Shown here: positions 8,991-17,025 of the stretch, piece by piece | How positions within the stretch are numbered: position 1 is the stretch's first letter | How the letters are laid out: the number at the start of each line of letters is the position of its first letter | Source of the DNA: a virus | Reading direction: 5' to 3' (one strand) | Virus genome (UHGV): UHGV-0240508 | Length of the DNA: 62,967 nucleotides | Notes under the pieces: generated by a model | Database searches by the model: none | Told to the model about the DNA's origin: nothing | The model's input: the letters and a program-made list of their open reading frames with translations, nothing else | Position numbers and translations under genes: made by a program

Positions 8991-9257
8991 ATGAGACCGA
9001 AACTGAATGTGTTCACCCCCCCCAAGGCGGGGGACGAGACGATCAACAAACTGCTCAGGATGTGCGCCGAGATGGGGTGTGCGTTTCATAAAACGAAAAG
9101 AGGAAGTCATGTCAAGGTCCGTAATCGGGAATGGAACACGTGGTTTATCTTTAGCTTGTCGGACAGTGTGGCGCGGCGTAGCGGAAGCAATACGCTTGCG
9201 GCGTTCCGGCGATTCCTCCGTGAACAAGGTGTTGCGGGAGCTGAAAATATGCCATAA
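8991..9257 (+). CDS. HicA/YcfA-like small protein (possible mRNA-interferase fold)
   Basis: Segment LLRMCAEMGCAFHKTKRGSHVKVRN resembles the HicA GSHxK core. Overlaps ORF 9109..9465 in another frame, so only one may be real. Confidence 0.3.
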   Translation: MRPKLNVFTPPKAGDETINKLLRMCAEMGCAFHKTKRGSHVKVRNREWNTWFIFSLSDSVARRSGSNTLAAFRRFLREQGVAGAENMP

Positions 9258-9465
9258 GCTCGAACCTATGGTGCAGCAGATGCTGCGCCATGAGTGGGGC
9301 TATGACGCCGTGCCGCCGTATCACGGGATGCGTGTCATGGCTATCCGCCTGATGACCGAGGAGCTCGCCGAACTCAAACCCCGGACGGGTACGGGTAAGG
9401 CACTTCTTATCTGGGGTCGGTACATCTCCATGAACAATCAAAATTACCAAAGGAGCGGACGATGA
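9109..9465 (+). CDS. hypothetical protein (118 aa), alternative to or partner of the HicA-like ORF
   Basis: ATG 9109 with AGAGGAAG four nt upstream. Overlaps the 3' part of 8991..9257. Confidence 0.3.
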   Translation: MSRSVIGNGTRGLSLACRTVWRGVAEAIRLRRSGDSSVNKVLRELKICHKLEPMVQQMLRHEWGYDAVPPYHGMRVMAIRLMTEELAELKPRTGTGKALLIWGRYISMNNQNYQRSGR

Positions 9466-10064
9466 ATGAGCACATGCAGCAACTGGAAGAAGTTCTTACC
9501 AAGCTCGCGGCGAAGCTGAATGAATTCAAGGGGCAGCTTGCCGCCAACGATGAGAAGTGGCGAGCGGTAAAGGGGCTGTTCTCCAACTTCAATGAACGCC
9601 TCGCCGCTGTGGAGAAGCGTCTTGCAAGTCTTCCTATCGACAGGATGGACGACATCGAGGAGCTCGACGCCGTCGTGAAGGCCATGCGTGCGGAGCTTGA
9701 TGAGCAGCGCAAGCAGGCCGCCGAGAAGCCGAAGCGCACTCGGTCGTCGAAGAAGGCTACGTCATCGATCATGACGAAGACCGTCGACATGGACGACGTG
9801 CAGCGCATTGAGGCCATGCAACCTGAAGTCTACGGCAATCCCGAGCCTTTGAAGTCCATCAACTGGAAGAATATTTACGTCGAAGGCGTTCATATCAACA
9901 CCCCCATCATCAACCTCGTGAAGTCGACGCTCGCCTCGGGCTACGATACGGCCTACTCCGTATCGCAGCAGACGGGTATCCCGGAGGAGGCGGCGCAGTA
10001 CATCATGGACATGAGCGAGGAAGGGCTCAAGGCTATCATGGAAGCCACGGCTGCAACGGACTAG
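9462..10064 (+). CDS. coiled-coil hypothetical protein (200 aa)
   Basis: RBS AAAGGAGCGG upstream. Heptad-like N-terminus (LEEVLTKLAAKLNEFKGQL). Confidence 0.55.
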   Translation: MNEHMQQLEEVLTKLAAKLNEFKGQLAANDEKWRAVKGLFSNFNERLAAVEKRLASLPIDRMDDIEELDAVVKAMRAELDEQRKQAAEKPKRTRSSKKATSSIMTKTVDMDDVQRIEAMQPEVYGNPEPLKSINWKNIYVEGVHINTPIINLVKSTLASGYDTAYSVSQQTGIPEEAAQYIMDMSEEGLKAIMEATAATD

Positions 10065-10343
10065 ATGAAGATCTGCGGGGGCCATGCGGCCCCCGCAAGG
10101 AGAAAGGGTTTGCAAGATATTACAGCTTACGTCATCGTCTCGGTTGTGCATTACCTCGTGGGCGCCGTGGGGTTCGGGCTGGTGGCTTTTCTCATATACC
10201 ACGACAAGAGATGGATACCGATGCTTGTCGCCACCGTGTTTATCGCGCTGCTTTGTCAGAGTTCCTACAGCAGCAGGACACATGCTACATGCCCCTTGTG
10301 CGGACATGAATTCGTAATGCAGGAGCATGAAAAATGCGAGTAA
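10065..10343 (+). CDS. small membrane protein with C-terminal CxxC zinc ribbon
   Basis: Two hydrophobic helices (VIVSVVHYLVGAVGFGLVAFLIY; MLVATVFIALLC), then CPLCGHEF. Confidence 0.45.
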   Translation: MKICGGHAAPARRKGLQDITAYVIVSVVHYLVGAVGFGLVAFLIYHDKRWIPMLVATVFIALLCQSSYSSRTHATCPLCGHEFVMQEHEKCE

Positions 10344-12415
10344 TTACATTGGACTTCGAAACGTTCTGGTCGAGCAGGGACTACACGCTTTCAAAGATGG
10401 GGCCTATTGAATATGTCCGCGATCCACGATTTCACGCACAACTTCTCGGCGTGCGCGTGGACCGGGGTTGCGTTAATGTCTACGAACCTCACGAAATACC
10501 CGAAGCCCTCAAAGTCCTCGGTCTTGAAGCGCCGGGTACGGTGGTCGTGGGACATAACCTGCATAGCTTCGATGCCCTCGTACTCTCCGAGCGGTTCGGC
10601 ATCCGCCCCAAGTACATGGTCGACACGCTTGCGCTTGCTCGGGCGGCGGGCATCAGCCGATTCCAGTCATGCAGCCACAAGGCCCTGTGCGATTACCTTG
10701 GCACGGGGATAAAGACGGACGGCACGGCCGTGTCCGACGGGAAGCATTGGCCGGACGACTTCACACTGGAGGAGAGGGAGACGTTCAAGCGCTACTGCGC
10801 CGACGACGTGCTGCAATGTTCGGAGAATTTCTTTATCCTCTCCCGGTATCTCACGCAGGAGGAGCTCCGCTTTGAAAGCCTTACGGCTCGCATGACGACG
10901 GAGCCCGGCATCTATGTCGACCGCCCGCTGTTGCAGCGGCACCTTGTGGAGATCGACGAGGAGACCGAAGACGCAAGACGCCAGCTCATGAGTGTCTTCC
11001 ACTTCGATACGACGGAAGAATTCCTTGCCAATATCCGCTCGAAGCCCAAGTTCTGCACGATGCTGCGAAGCCTCGGCGTCGAGCCGCCTATGAAAATCTC
11101 GGAGAAGAAGACCGAGACGAAGCGCAGACAGCTCGAAGCCGCCATGTCTACGGCTCCCGACGTGCGGGAGAAGAACCTCTATGCCGGGATGCTGGCCGAC
11201 CCCGAGACATATACGGTATGGGAGCCTGCCCTTGCCAAGACGAACTTCGAGTTCACACAGATGCAGGACCACCCTGACGAGCGTGTGGCGCAGCTTGTCA
11301 CCGCCAGACTGGAGAATAACTCATCTATTCGTAGAAGCCGTGTAGTGCGGTTTCTGGGCGTCTCTGAGGGCGGGGGCAGCATTCCGGTCACGCTTCAGTG
11401 TCACAAGGCTCACACGGGCCGTTATGGGGCGGGAACGGGGGAAGGCAAGTCGGACGCCCTGAACTTCCAGAACCTCGGCAAGCGGAACCCCAAGCTGAAG
11501 ACCATCCGCAAGGCGCTCGTCCCGGCACCGGGGCATGTCTTCGTAGCCTGCGACAGTAGTCAGGTCGAAGCCAGAATGCTCGCCTATGAAGCCGGGCAGG
11601 ATGACCTGCTTGACGCCTTCCGGCATGGCCGCGACGCCTACGCGGAACTCGCCGAGAAGATGTCCGGTATCCCGGCGAAGACTATTCACGACGGTAACGA
11701 GTCCGGGGACCCCGAGTGCAAGAAATATAGGACGGCCGCGAAGACGGCGATCTTGTCCGCAGGCTACCAAACTGGATTTTCCAAGTATTCCCATACGTTA
11801 CTGCGTATGGGCGTCAAGCTCCATGACGACGTCGACCGGCACCACGCGCTGGCAAAGGAGACGCTCTGCATGTACCGGGCGGATAACCCGCGCATCGTGT
11901 CGTTCTGGAAGCGATGCCAGTCCGTCATCGAACATATGGTCGCCGGGGGCGAGGGGTCTTTTGGTGGACCCGACGATGCGCTTTTCAAGTACGGCCTCAT
12001 GGAGGTCGTGCCGGGGCGCCCGCCGCTCATGTCCGTCAGATTGCCGAACGGCTATATGCTTCGCTATCCGAACATCCGCGCCGAGCGCAACGATGCGGGA
12101 CGGTGGGAGTTCGTCTATGACTCGTGGCAGGGGCGCGCCATGATGACGACCCGCATCTATGGCGGGAGCCTTACCGAGAACGTCACGCAGGCCGTGTCGT
12201 TCGTCATGCTCAAAGGGCAGGCCATCGGCATGGCGGCGGCCAAGGTGCCGCTCATCTGCAACATTCACGACGCTTGGCTTTCCACCGTGCCTGAGGCGCG
12301 GGGCGAAGCGACGCTCAAGATTATGAAGTTCTTCATGTCCCAACCGCCGGTGTGGGCACCCGACTTCCCCGTAGCTTGTTCTGGTGAAATAGGCTATAAC
12401 TTCTCCATCGCATAG
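10334..12415 (+). CDS. DNA polymerase, family A (Pol I-like) with 3'-5' exonuclease domain
   Basis: Exo I DFETF, Exo II HNLHSFD, Exo III YCADDV. Polymerase motif A DSSQVEARMLAY, motif B RTAAKTAILSAGYQTG, motif C NIHDAW. Confidence 0.9.
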   Translation: MRVITLDFETFWSSRDYTLSKMGPIEYVRDPRFHAQLLGVRVDRGCVNVYEPHEIPEALKVLGLEAPGTVVVGHNLHSFDALVLSERFGIRPKYMVDTLALARAAGISRFQSCSHKALCDYLGTGIKTDGTAVSDGKHWPDDFTLEERETFKRYCADDVLQCSENFFILSRYLTQEELRFESLTARMTTEPGIYVDRPLLQRHLVEIDEETEDARRQLMSVFHFDTTEEFLANIRSKPKFCTMLRSLGVEPPMKISEKKTETKRRQLEAAMSTAPDVREKNLYAGMLADPETYTVWEPALAKTNFEFTQMQDHPDERVAQLVTARLENNSSIRRSRVVRFLGVSEGGGSIPVTLQCHKAHTGRYGAGTGEGKSDALNFQNLGKRNPKLKTIRKALVPAPGHVFVACDSSQVEARMLAYEAGQDDLLDAFRHGRDAYAELAEKMSGIPAKTIHDGNESGDPECKKYRTAAKTAILSAGYQTGFSKYSHTLLRMGVKLHDDVDRHHALAKETLCMYRADNPRIVSFWKRCQSVIEHMVAGGEGSFGGPDDALFKYGLMEVVPGRPPLMSVRLPNGYMLRYPNIRAERNDAGRWEFVYDSWQGRAMMTTRIYGGSLTENVTQAVSFVMLKGQAIGMAAAKVPLICNIHDAWLSTVPEARGEATLKIMKFFMSQPPVWAPDFPVACSGEIGYNFSIA

Positions 12416-12424
12416 GAGGCGAAT

Positions 12425-12619
12425 ATGAACACCGACCTGAAAGAATTCATGGCGCGCACGATAGGCAGCGCCGATAAGGATGAGATGATGCGAATCTGCA
12501 CTGCGTTCGCCGAGCTCGCCTTGTATTATAGGGAGATGTGGATAGGCGCCACCGTGGCTCCGGACGACAACGTGGCGCTCATTGCCCGCACGGTAAAGAC
12601 CGTACGGGAGGGAAAGTGA
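12425..12619 (+). CDS. small hypothetical protein (64 aa)
   Basis: RBS TAGGAGGCG upstream. Stop overlaps the next start (TGATG). Confidence 0.4.
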   Translation: MNTDLKEFMARTIGSADKDEMMRICTAFAELALYYREMWIGATVAPDDNVALIARTVKTVREGK

Positions 12620-13302
12620 TGTTCGTGTTCTCCCCCTCCAACATGTCGACTTACCGCACCTGTCCGCGCAAGTTCCAAGCTCAGACCATCACGAAGGAGT
12701 TGCCTTGGCAGGCGACGGCTCAGAAGTCACGTGGCACGCTCGTCCACAACGTGGTCGAGATGGCGCTGCGCTCCGGCCTCGATGCCGTCACGAGCTGGCC
12801 GGAAGGGATCGACCTCGACTATACGCGCAACAGTATCGTCGAAGCCCGCGCAGCAGCGAGCGGCGGGAAGATTCTCATTGAGGAAGAGCTTACGCTGAAC
12901 AAGACGTTCAATCCCACACCCGAGGGCTGGTGGGACAAGACGGCCTTCATCCGGGCGCGGGCCGATGCTGTGATTATCCCGGCAAGCGAAGTGCCGCCGC
13001 TCGTCGTCGACATCAAGACGGGGAAGAAGTGGGACGATGACGACTTCCAGCTTCGGGTGAACGCGCTCCTTTTGCATTTCGCAAAGAAATTCCCCGTCAT
13101 CCGGTACGAGTACTGGTATGTCGACAGTGGCGAGACGTTCGGCAACACGATTGATTTCGCCCGTGGGCTATCTCCCGTACAGGACGTCATCGAGCTTATG
13201 AAGGAGATGAGCACGTCCATCAGAGATAGTTACTTCCCGTCTCAGAAGAATAAGTTCTGCAAGTGGTGCGGCTTGAGCGGCACGCCCTCCTGCGGTTTGT
13301 GA
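12619..13302 (+). CDS. PD-(D/E)XK exonuclease, Cas4-like, with C-terminal Cys cluster
   Basis: Motif VVDIKTGKK (D-x-K core). C-terminal CKWCGLSGTPSC is typical of the Fe-S Cas4/AddB-type nuclease domain. ORF 12538..13302 trimmed to ATG 12619. Confidence 0.75.
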   Translation: MFVFSPSNMSTYRTCPRKFQAQTITKELPWQATAQKSRGTLVHNVVEMALRSGLDAVTSWPEGIDLDYTRNSIVEARAAASGGKILIEEELTLNKTFNPTPEGWWDKTAFIRARADAVIIPASEVPPLVVDIKTGKKWDDDDFQLRVNALLLHFAKKFPVIRYEYWYVDSGETFGNTIDFARGLSPVQDVIELMKEMSTSIRDSYFPSQKNKFCKWCGLSGTPSCGL

Positions 13303-13310
13303 GGCGCGCC

Positions 13311-13601
13311 ATGACACCGGAAGGGAAAGTCAAGGACGTTATTAAGAAACACCTTGCCGAGGCGGGCGTCTATTTCTTTATGCCTCGCGGTACCGTCTAT
13401 GGCAGGCGCGGCGTCCCGGATGTCGTGGGCTGCATGAATGGGCGATTTTTCGCCATCGAGGTGAAGTCCGGGAAGAACAAGCCCACGAAGCTCCAGTCGA
13501 TGGAGCACGACGCCATACGTGCGGCGGGGGGCGTGGCGCTCGTCGTCAATGAGGCGAACCTCGGCACGTTCATGGGTGAGTTACGGGAGCGGATGACATG
13601 A
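13311..13601 (+). CDS. VRR-NUC domain nuclease
   Basis: Motif GVPDVVGCMNGRFFAIEVKSGK, which is the VRR-NUC PD-(D/E)XK signature. ATGA overlap with the downstream helicase gene. Confidence 0.75.
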   Translation: MTPEGKVKDVIKKHLAEAGVYFFMPRGTVYGRRGVPDVVGCMNGRFFAIEVKSGKNKPTKLQSMEHDAIRAAGGVALVVNEANLGTFMGELRERMT

Positions 13602-15229
13602 ATCCATTCAAGGTGGGGAATACCGCCGTCGTCTACCCGGACAAGGGGACCATCCTTGTCCGGGTGCCGCCGGAAATAAAGGATGAACTTGGGGCCAAGG
13701 GGCTGAAGAAGGCATTCGTGCAGCAAGGACAGGACTGGCTCATGGTTCTGCCGTGGCACGAAGATGCCATCATGTTGATGAAGAACATGGGCATAGACAT
13801 CGTGCTGGCTGCGCCGCTCGTCAAGCGCAATCAGGTCGTCATCGAGGGCAAGTATGCGCCGATGGCGCATCAGTTCTACACGGCGGCGTTCATGTCCATG
13901 TATCCGAGAGGCTACATTCTGAACGACCCGAGGACAGGGAAGACCGGCAGCGTCGTCGTGGCGATGGACTACATGCAGCGCCACGGCAAAGTGCAGGGGG
14001 CCTTCCTCATCATCTCTACGTTGACCACGGTGCGCAGCGTCTGGGAGGCCACCATCCGCGAGTCTATACCCACGGCCCGGGTGGTGGTCGTCCACGGCAA
14101 GGACAGGGAGAAGCTCGTCAACGAGCCGGCCGACTTCTACGTCACGAATTATGACTCGTGCCGTCTGTCCGAGCGCGCCTTCGTGGACGCCGTGAAGACG
14201 GGGCGCATCGGAGCGGTCGTCATCGACGAGCTTACGAACGTCGGCAACACGCAGTCCAAACGCTTCAAAGCCATCGATGCGATTTGTAATCGCACCGGTC
14301 TTGAGCGCGTCTACGGGCTTACGGGAAGCCCCGGTGAAGACCCTGAAACCGTCTTCGGCATGTGCAAGATGGTCAACAGGACACGTCTGCCCTGCACTAC
14401 GAAAACTTCGTGGCTCGACCGCACCACGATGCAGGTGGGTTTCGAGAGCTTCATGCGCAAGCCGAGGCCCGAGGCCCCGTACATCATCCAGAAAGCGATG
14501 CAACCCGCCGTGCGTTTCGCGAAGAAGGACATCATGGATTTGCCTCCCGTGGTCACACAGGACCGACAGTGCGAGACGACATCCGTGCAGAAGCGGTTGC
14601 GGGAAGAGTTCAGAGCCGAGTCCGTGGCGCTCCTTGAGAGCGGTGAGGCCATCACAGCCGTCAATGGCGGCGTGCTTCTCCAGAAACTCATGCAGGTGGC
14701 GCAGGGATTCGTCATGAACAAGGACAAGGAAACGACGGAGATAGACCATGCCCCGCGTTCGGCCTGCATCATCGACGCCATCGCGGAGACGGACCGCAAA
14801 GTGGTTGTCTTTTCTTGCTATAGAAAGGGTATCAGTCTGCGCGTGGAGCAGATAAAGAAGGCGGGTTTCACCTGTGCTTATATCGATGGCTCCGTGCCGG
14901 ACAAGGAACGTACGGATATCCTGCGGCGCTTCCAGTACGAGGACGCTCCGCATGTACTCGTATGCCACCCGACCACCACGGCGTATGGCGTCGAACTGTC
15001 GCGGGCGGACACCATCATCTTCGACGGTCCCCCGCTTCTCGGCGGCTTCATCTACGCTCAGGCTCTTGAACGCCTGAGTTCTTTGAAGCAGGAGGCCGAC
15101 AAGATAAGTGTCATCCGCGTGATGACGTTCCCGGAAGAAAAAAGATTCTTCAACGCACTTGACAAAGGAAGGGAGATGGGACAAATTATAAACACATTGT
15201 TTGAATCTATAAGTAAGGGTGAGTTATGA
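13598..15229 (+). CDS. SNF2/DEAD-like superfamily 2 helicase
   Basis: Walker A DPRTGKTG, motif II VIDELTN, motif III LTGSP, and a C-terminal helicase domain (VLVCHPTTTAYGVELSRADTIIFDGP). Confidence 0.8.
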   Translation: MNPFKVGNTAVVYPDKGTILVRVPPEIKDELGAKGLKKAFVQQGQDWLMVLPWHEDAIMLMKNMGIDIVLAAPLVKRNQVVIEGKYAPMAHQFYTAAFMSMYPRGYILNDPRTGKTGSVVVAMDYMQRHGKVQGAFLIISTLTTVRSVWEATIRESIPTARVVVVHGKDREKLVNEPADFYVTNYDSCRLSERAFVDAVKTGRIGAVVIDELTNVGNTQSKRFKAIDAICNRTGLERVYGLTGSPGEDPETVFGMCKMVNRTRLPCTTKTSWLDRTTMQVGFESFMRKPRPEAPYIIQKAMQPAVRFAKKDIMDLPPVVTQDRQCETTSVQKRLREEFRAESVALLESGEAITAVNGGVLLQKLMQVAQGFVMNKDKETTEIDHAPRSACIIDAIAETDRKVVVFSCYRKGISLRVEQIKKAGFTCAYIDGSVPDKERTDILRRFQYEDAPHVLVCHPTTTAYGVELSRADTIIFDGPPLLGGFIYAQALERLSSLKQEADKISVIRVMTFPEEKRFFNALDKGREMGQIINTLFESISKGEL

Positions 15230-15501
15230 ACGAGAAGTTTTTCAAAGCAATCGAGTCCATGTTGCCTGCCGTATTTTCCCGCAAGGAATTGGAAGAACGG
15301 CTGAACGGTCTTATTACAAAGGCCACGATGTCGGCGGTGGATTCGCGGGGTAGGGGGCCGAAGTCGCAGCGCTTCGGAAACAAGATCGTGTATGTCCGGG
15401 AGGACTTCATGGAATGGTTCAGGGAGGTGTATAAGGATGGGGATGAACACGCTTCCGGTGTTGATAAGCCGGTATATCGAAGCAAGACGTCAAAGGCTTG
15501 A
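15226..15501 (+). CDS. small HTH DNA-binding protein, excisionase/AlpA-like
   Basis: FSRKELEERLNGLITKATMSAVDSRGRGP...IVYVREDFMEWF resembles Xis/AlpA-type HTH_17 proteins. Confidence 0.4.
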   Translation: MNEKFFKAIESMLPAVFSRKELEERLNGLITKATMSAVDSRGRGPKSQRFGNKIVYVREDFMEWFREVYKDGDEHASGVDKPVYRSKTSKA

Positions 15502-15862
15502 GCTGGAAGCTCAGGCGGCGGAAATAGCGACCGAACGAGAGCGACCGTTGCAGGAACAGATTCTCGCGCTCATGGCGGCCGATGGGGTATCTTCCCTGAA
15601 ACTTGAAGGCATCGGGCGGGTTGTCCGCCGCTCGAAGGGCCATTATGAAATTCGGGACACCGAGAAGCTCGCCCGCGTCATGTTGAAGAACATGTGCGTG
15701 GCCGTGCAGAATGGCCGCCCTCTCACTGACGCCATGCTGCTGCAACGGCGAGTAAGTCGTGACGCCGTGGAAACGCTCTGCGATGGACGAGAACCGGCCG
15801 CGCTCGAGGCTATCGGGCTCGCCTATGTAGAGAAAGATGAACTTTCAATTACGAGGATTTGA
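15437..15862 (+). CDS. hypothetical protein (141 aa)
   Basis: ORF 15392..15862 trimmed to an internal ATG. Start uncertain; overlaps the previous gene by about 65 nt. Confidence 0.35.
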   Translation: MGMNTLPVLISRYIEARRQRLELEAQAAEIATERERPLQEQILALMAADGVSSLKLEGIGRVVRRSKGHYEIRDTEKLARVMLKNMCVAVQNGRPLTDAMLLQRRVSRDAVETLCDGREPAALEAIGLAYVEKDELSITRI

Positions 15863-15864
15863 CT

Positions 15865-16938
15865 ATGTCTCAGCTTGCACCTATTGCGTTTTCGTCCATG
15901 CCTCCGGTCCTTCCCCCCAACATCGCGGCGCTCGCCGAGCAGTCCTTCACGGATGCCTTCTCCGGTTTTTCGAGCGGACTTCGGTGGGTTCGCCACACCA
16001 ACAACGGATTCGAACTGCGGCGTGGGGGGAGCACCGAAGATACCATTATGGTCAACGCCTTCGTCGCCGTCCTGTTGAAGGTGTCGCCGTACAACCACTG
16101 CACTTGGTATGAACGGGACTTCGCCCCCGGGCAGGAACCCGAGCAGCCGAATCTTGTCTGGCTTGACACGCAGGGGAACGGTACGCATCCGGCGGCGCTC
16201 CCTCCTCAGTTCCGGCAGAAGATCGTAAAGAACGGCCGTGAGGTCTGGGCCTACAAGATCGCCCGGCGTACCGTATGGGCCTTGGCGAAGATGGGGCCGA
16301 CCGGCGTGTCCTCCATCGACTTCGACAACCCCGTGCTTTTGGACATTTCGAGTTCGTCGCTCTTCGGTCATGCACAGCCGCAGGCTGGTATCTTCAAGTG
16401 GAACGAACTCGCGGCTTTCTGCAAGCAGCGCAGCGGCAACGGCTTCGTCTGCGCTCCGACCATGTTCCTCACCCGTATCGTGCCCGACAACATGGCGCAT
16501 ACCATCGGTGTGTGGAACTTCCAGCCTATGCTGAACCAGCAGACCGGACAGCTTGAGTACCTTCCGTATGACCTCATCGAGCAGGCGTTCACTCGGGCAC
16601 AGGCACCAGATGTAGTAGAAAACGTCATGGTCAAGGAGAAGCTGACGATGGACGGCTCTGCCGTGCAGACTCCTGTCCAGCAGCCCGTCGCACCTGTCCA
16701 GCAGCCCGTCGCACCTGTGCAGGCGCAGAAGCCTGTGCTGACCATGCCGCAGGAAATTCAGGTGCCCGCCGCAGAAGACATGAGTGCGGAAGACCTCGCC
16801 GCACTTGCGGCACAGACTGCGCAAATCCTTTGCGGTACGGCATCTGTGGTCGCACCTGTCGCCCCCGCGCAACCTGCGGCGACGAATGAAGATGTGGCGG
16901 CGTTTAACGCACAGCGCTTGATTGACGTTCTCTCGTAG
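15865..16938 (+). CDS. hypothetical protein (357 aa) with C-terminal QQPVAPV repeats and acidic tail; possible ssDNA-binding or recombination role (unproven)
   Basis: GAGGA eight nt before ATG 15865. Internal repeat PVQQPVAPVQQPVAPVQ. Position between the helicase and the primase. Confidence 0.5.
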   Translation: MSQLAPIAFSSMPPVLPPNIAALAEQSFTDAFSGFSSGLRWVRHTNNGFELRRGGSTEDTIMVNAFVAVLLKVSPYNHCTWYERDFAPGQEPEQPNLVWLDTQGNGTHPAALPPQFRQKIVKNGREVWAYKIARRTVWALAKMGPTGVSSIDFDNPVLLDISSSSLFGHAQPQAGIFKWNELAAFCKQRSGNGFVCAPTMFLTRIVPDNMAHTIGVWNFQPMLNQQTGQLEYLPYDLIEQAFTRAQAPDVVENVMVKEKLTMDGSAVQTPVQQPVAPVQQPVAPVQAQKPVLTMPQEIQVPAAEDMSAEDLAALAAQTAQILCGTASVVAPVAPAQPAATNEDVAAFNAQRLIDVLS

Positions 16939-16963
16939 CTTGAAATTCGAGAGGAGATAGGGT

Positions 16964-17006
16964 AAGTGGTCATTCATGCTCTGTGCTGAGTGGCCACTTA
17001 TTTTTA
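16964..17006 (+). terminator. intrinsic terminator after 15865..16938
   Basis: 13-bp stem with 2 mismatches (aagtggtcattca / tgagtggccactt), followed by ATTTTT. Confidence 0.5.
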
Positions 17007-17025
17007 ACTGGAAGGGAGATACGAC

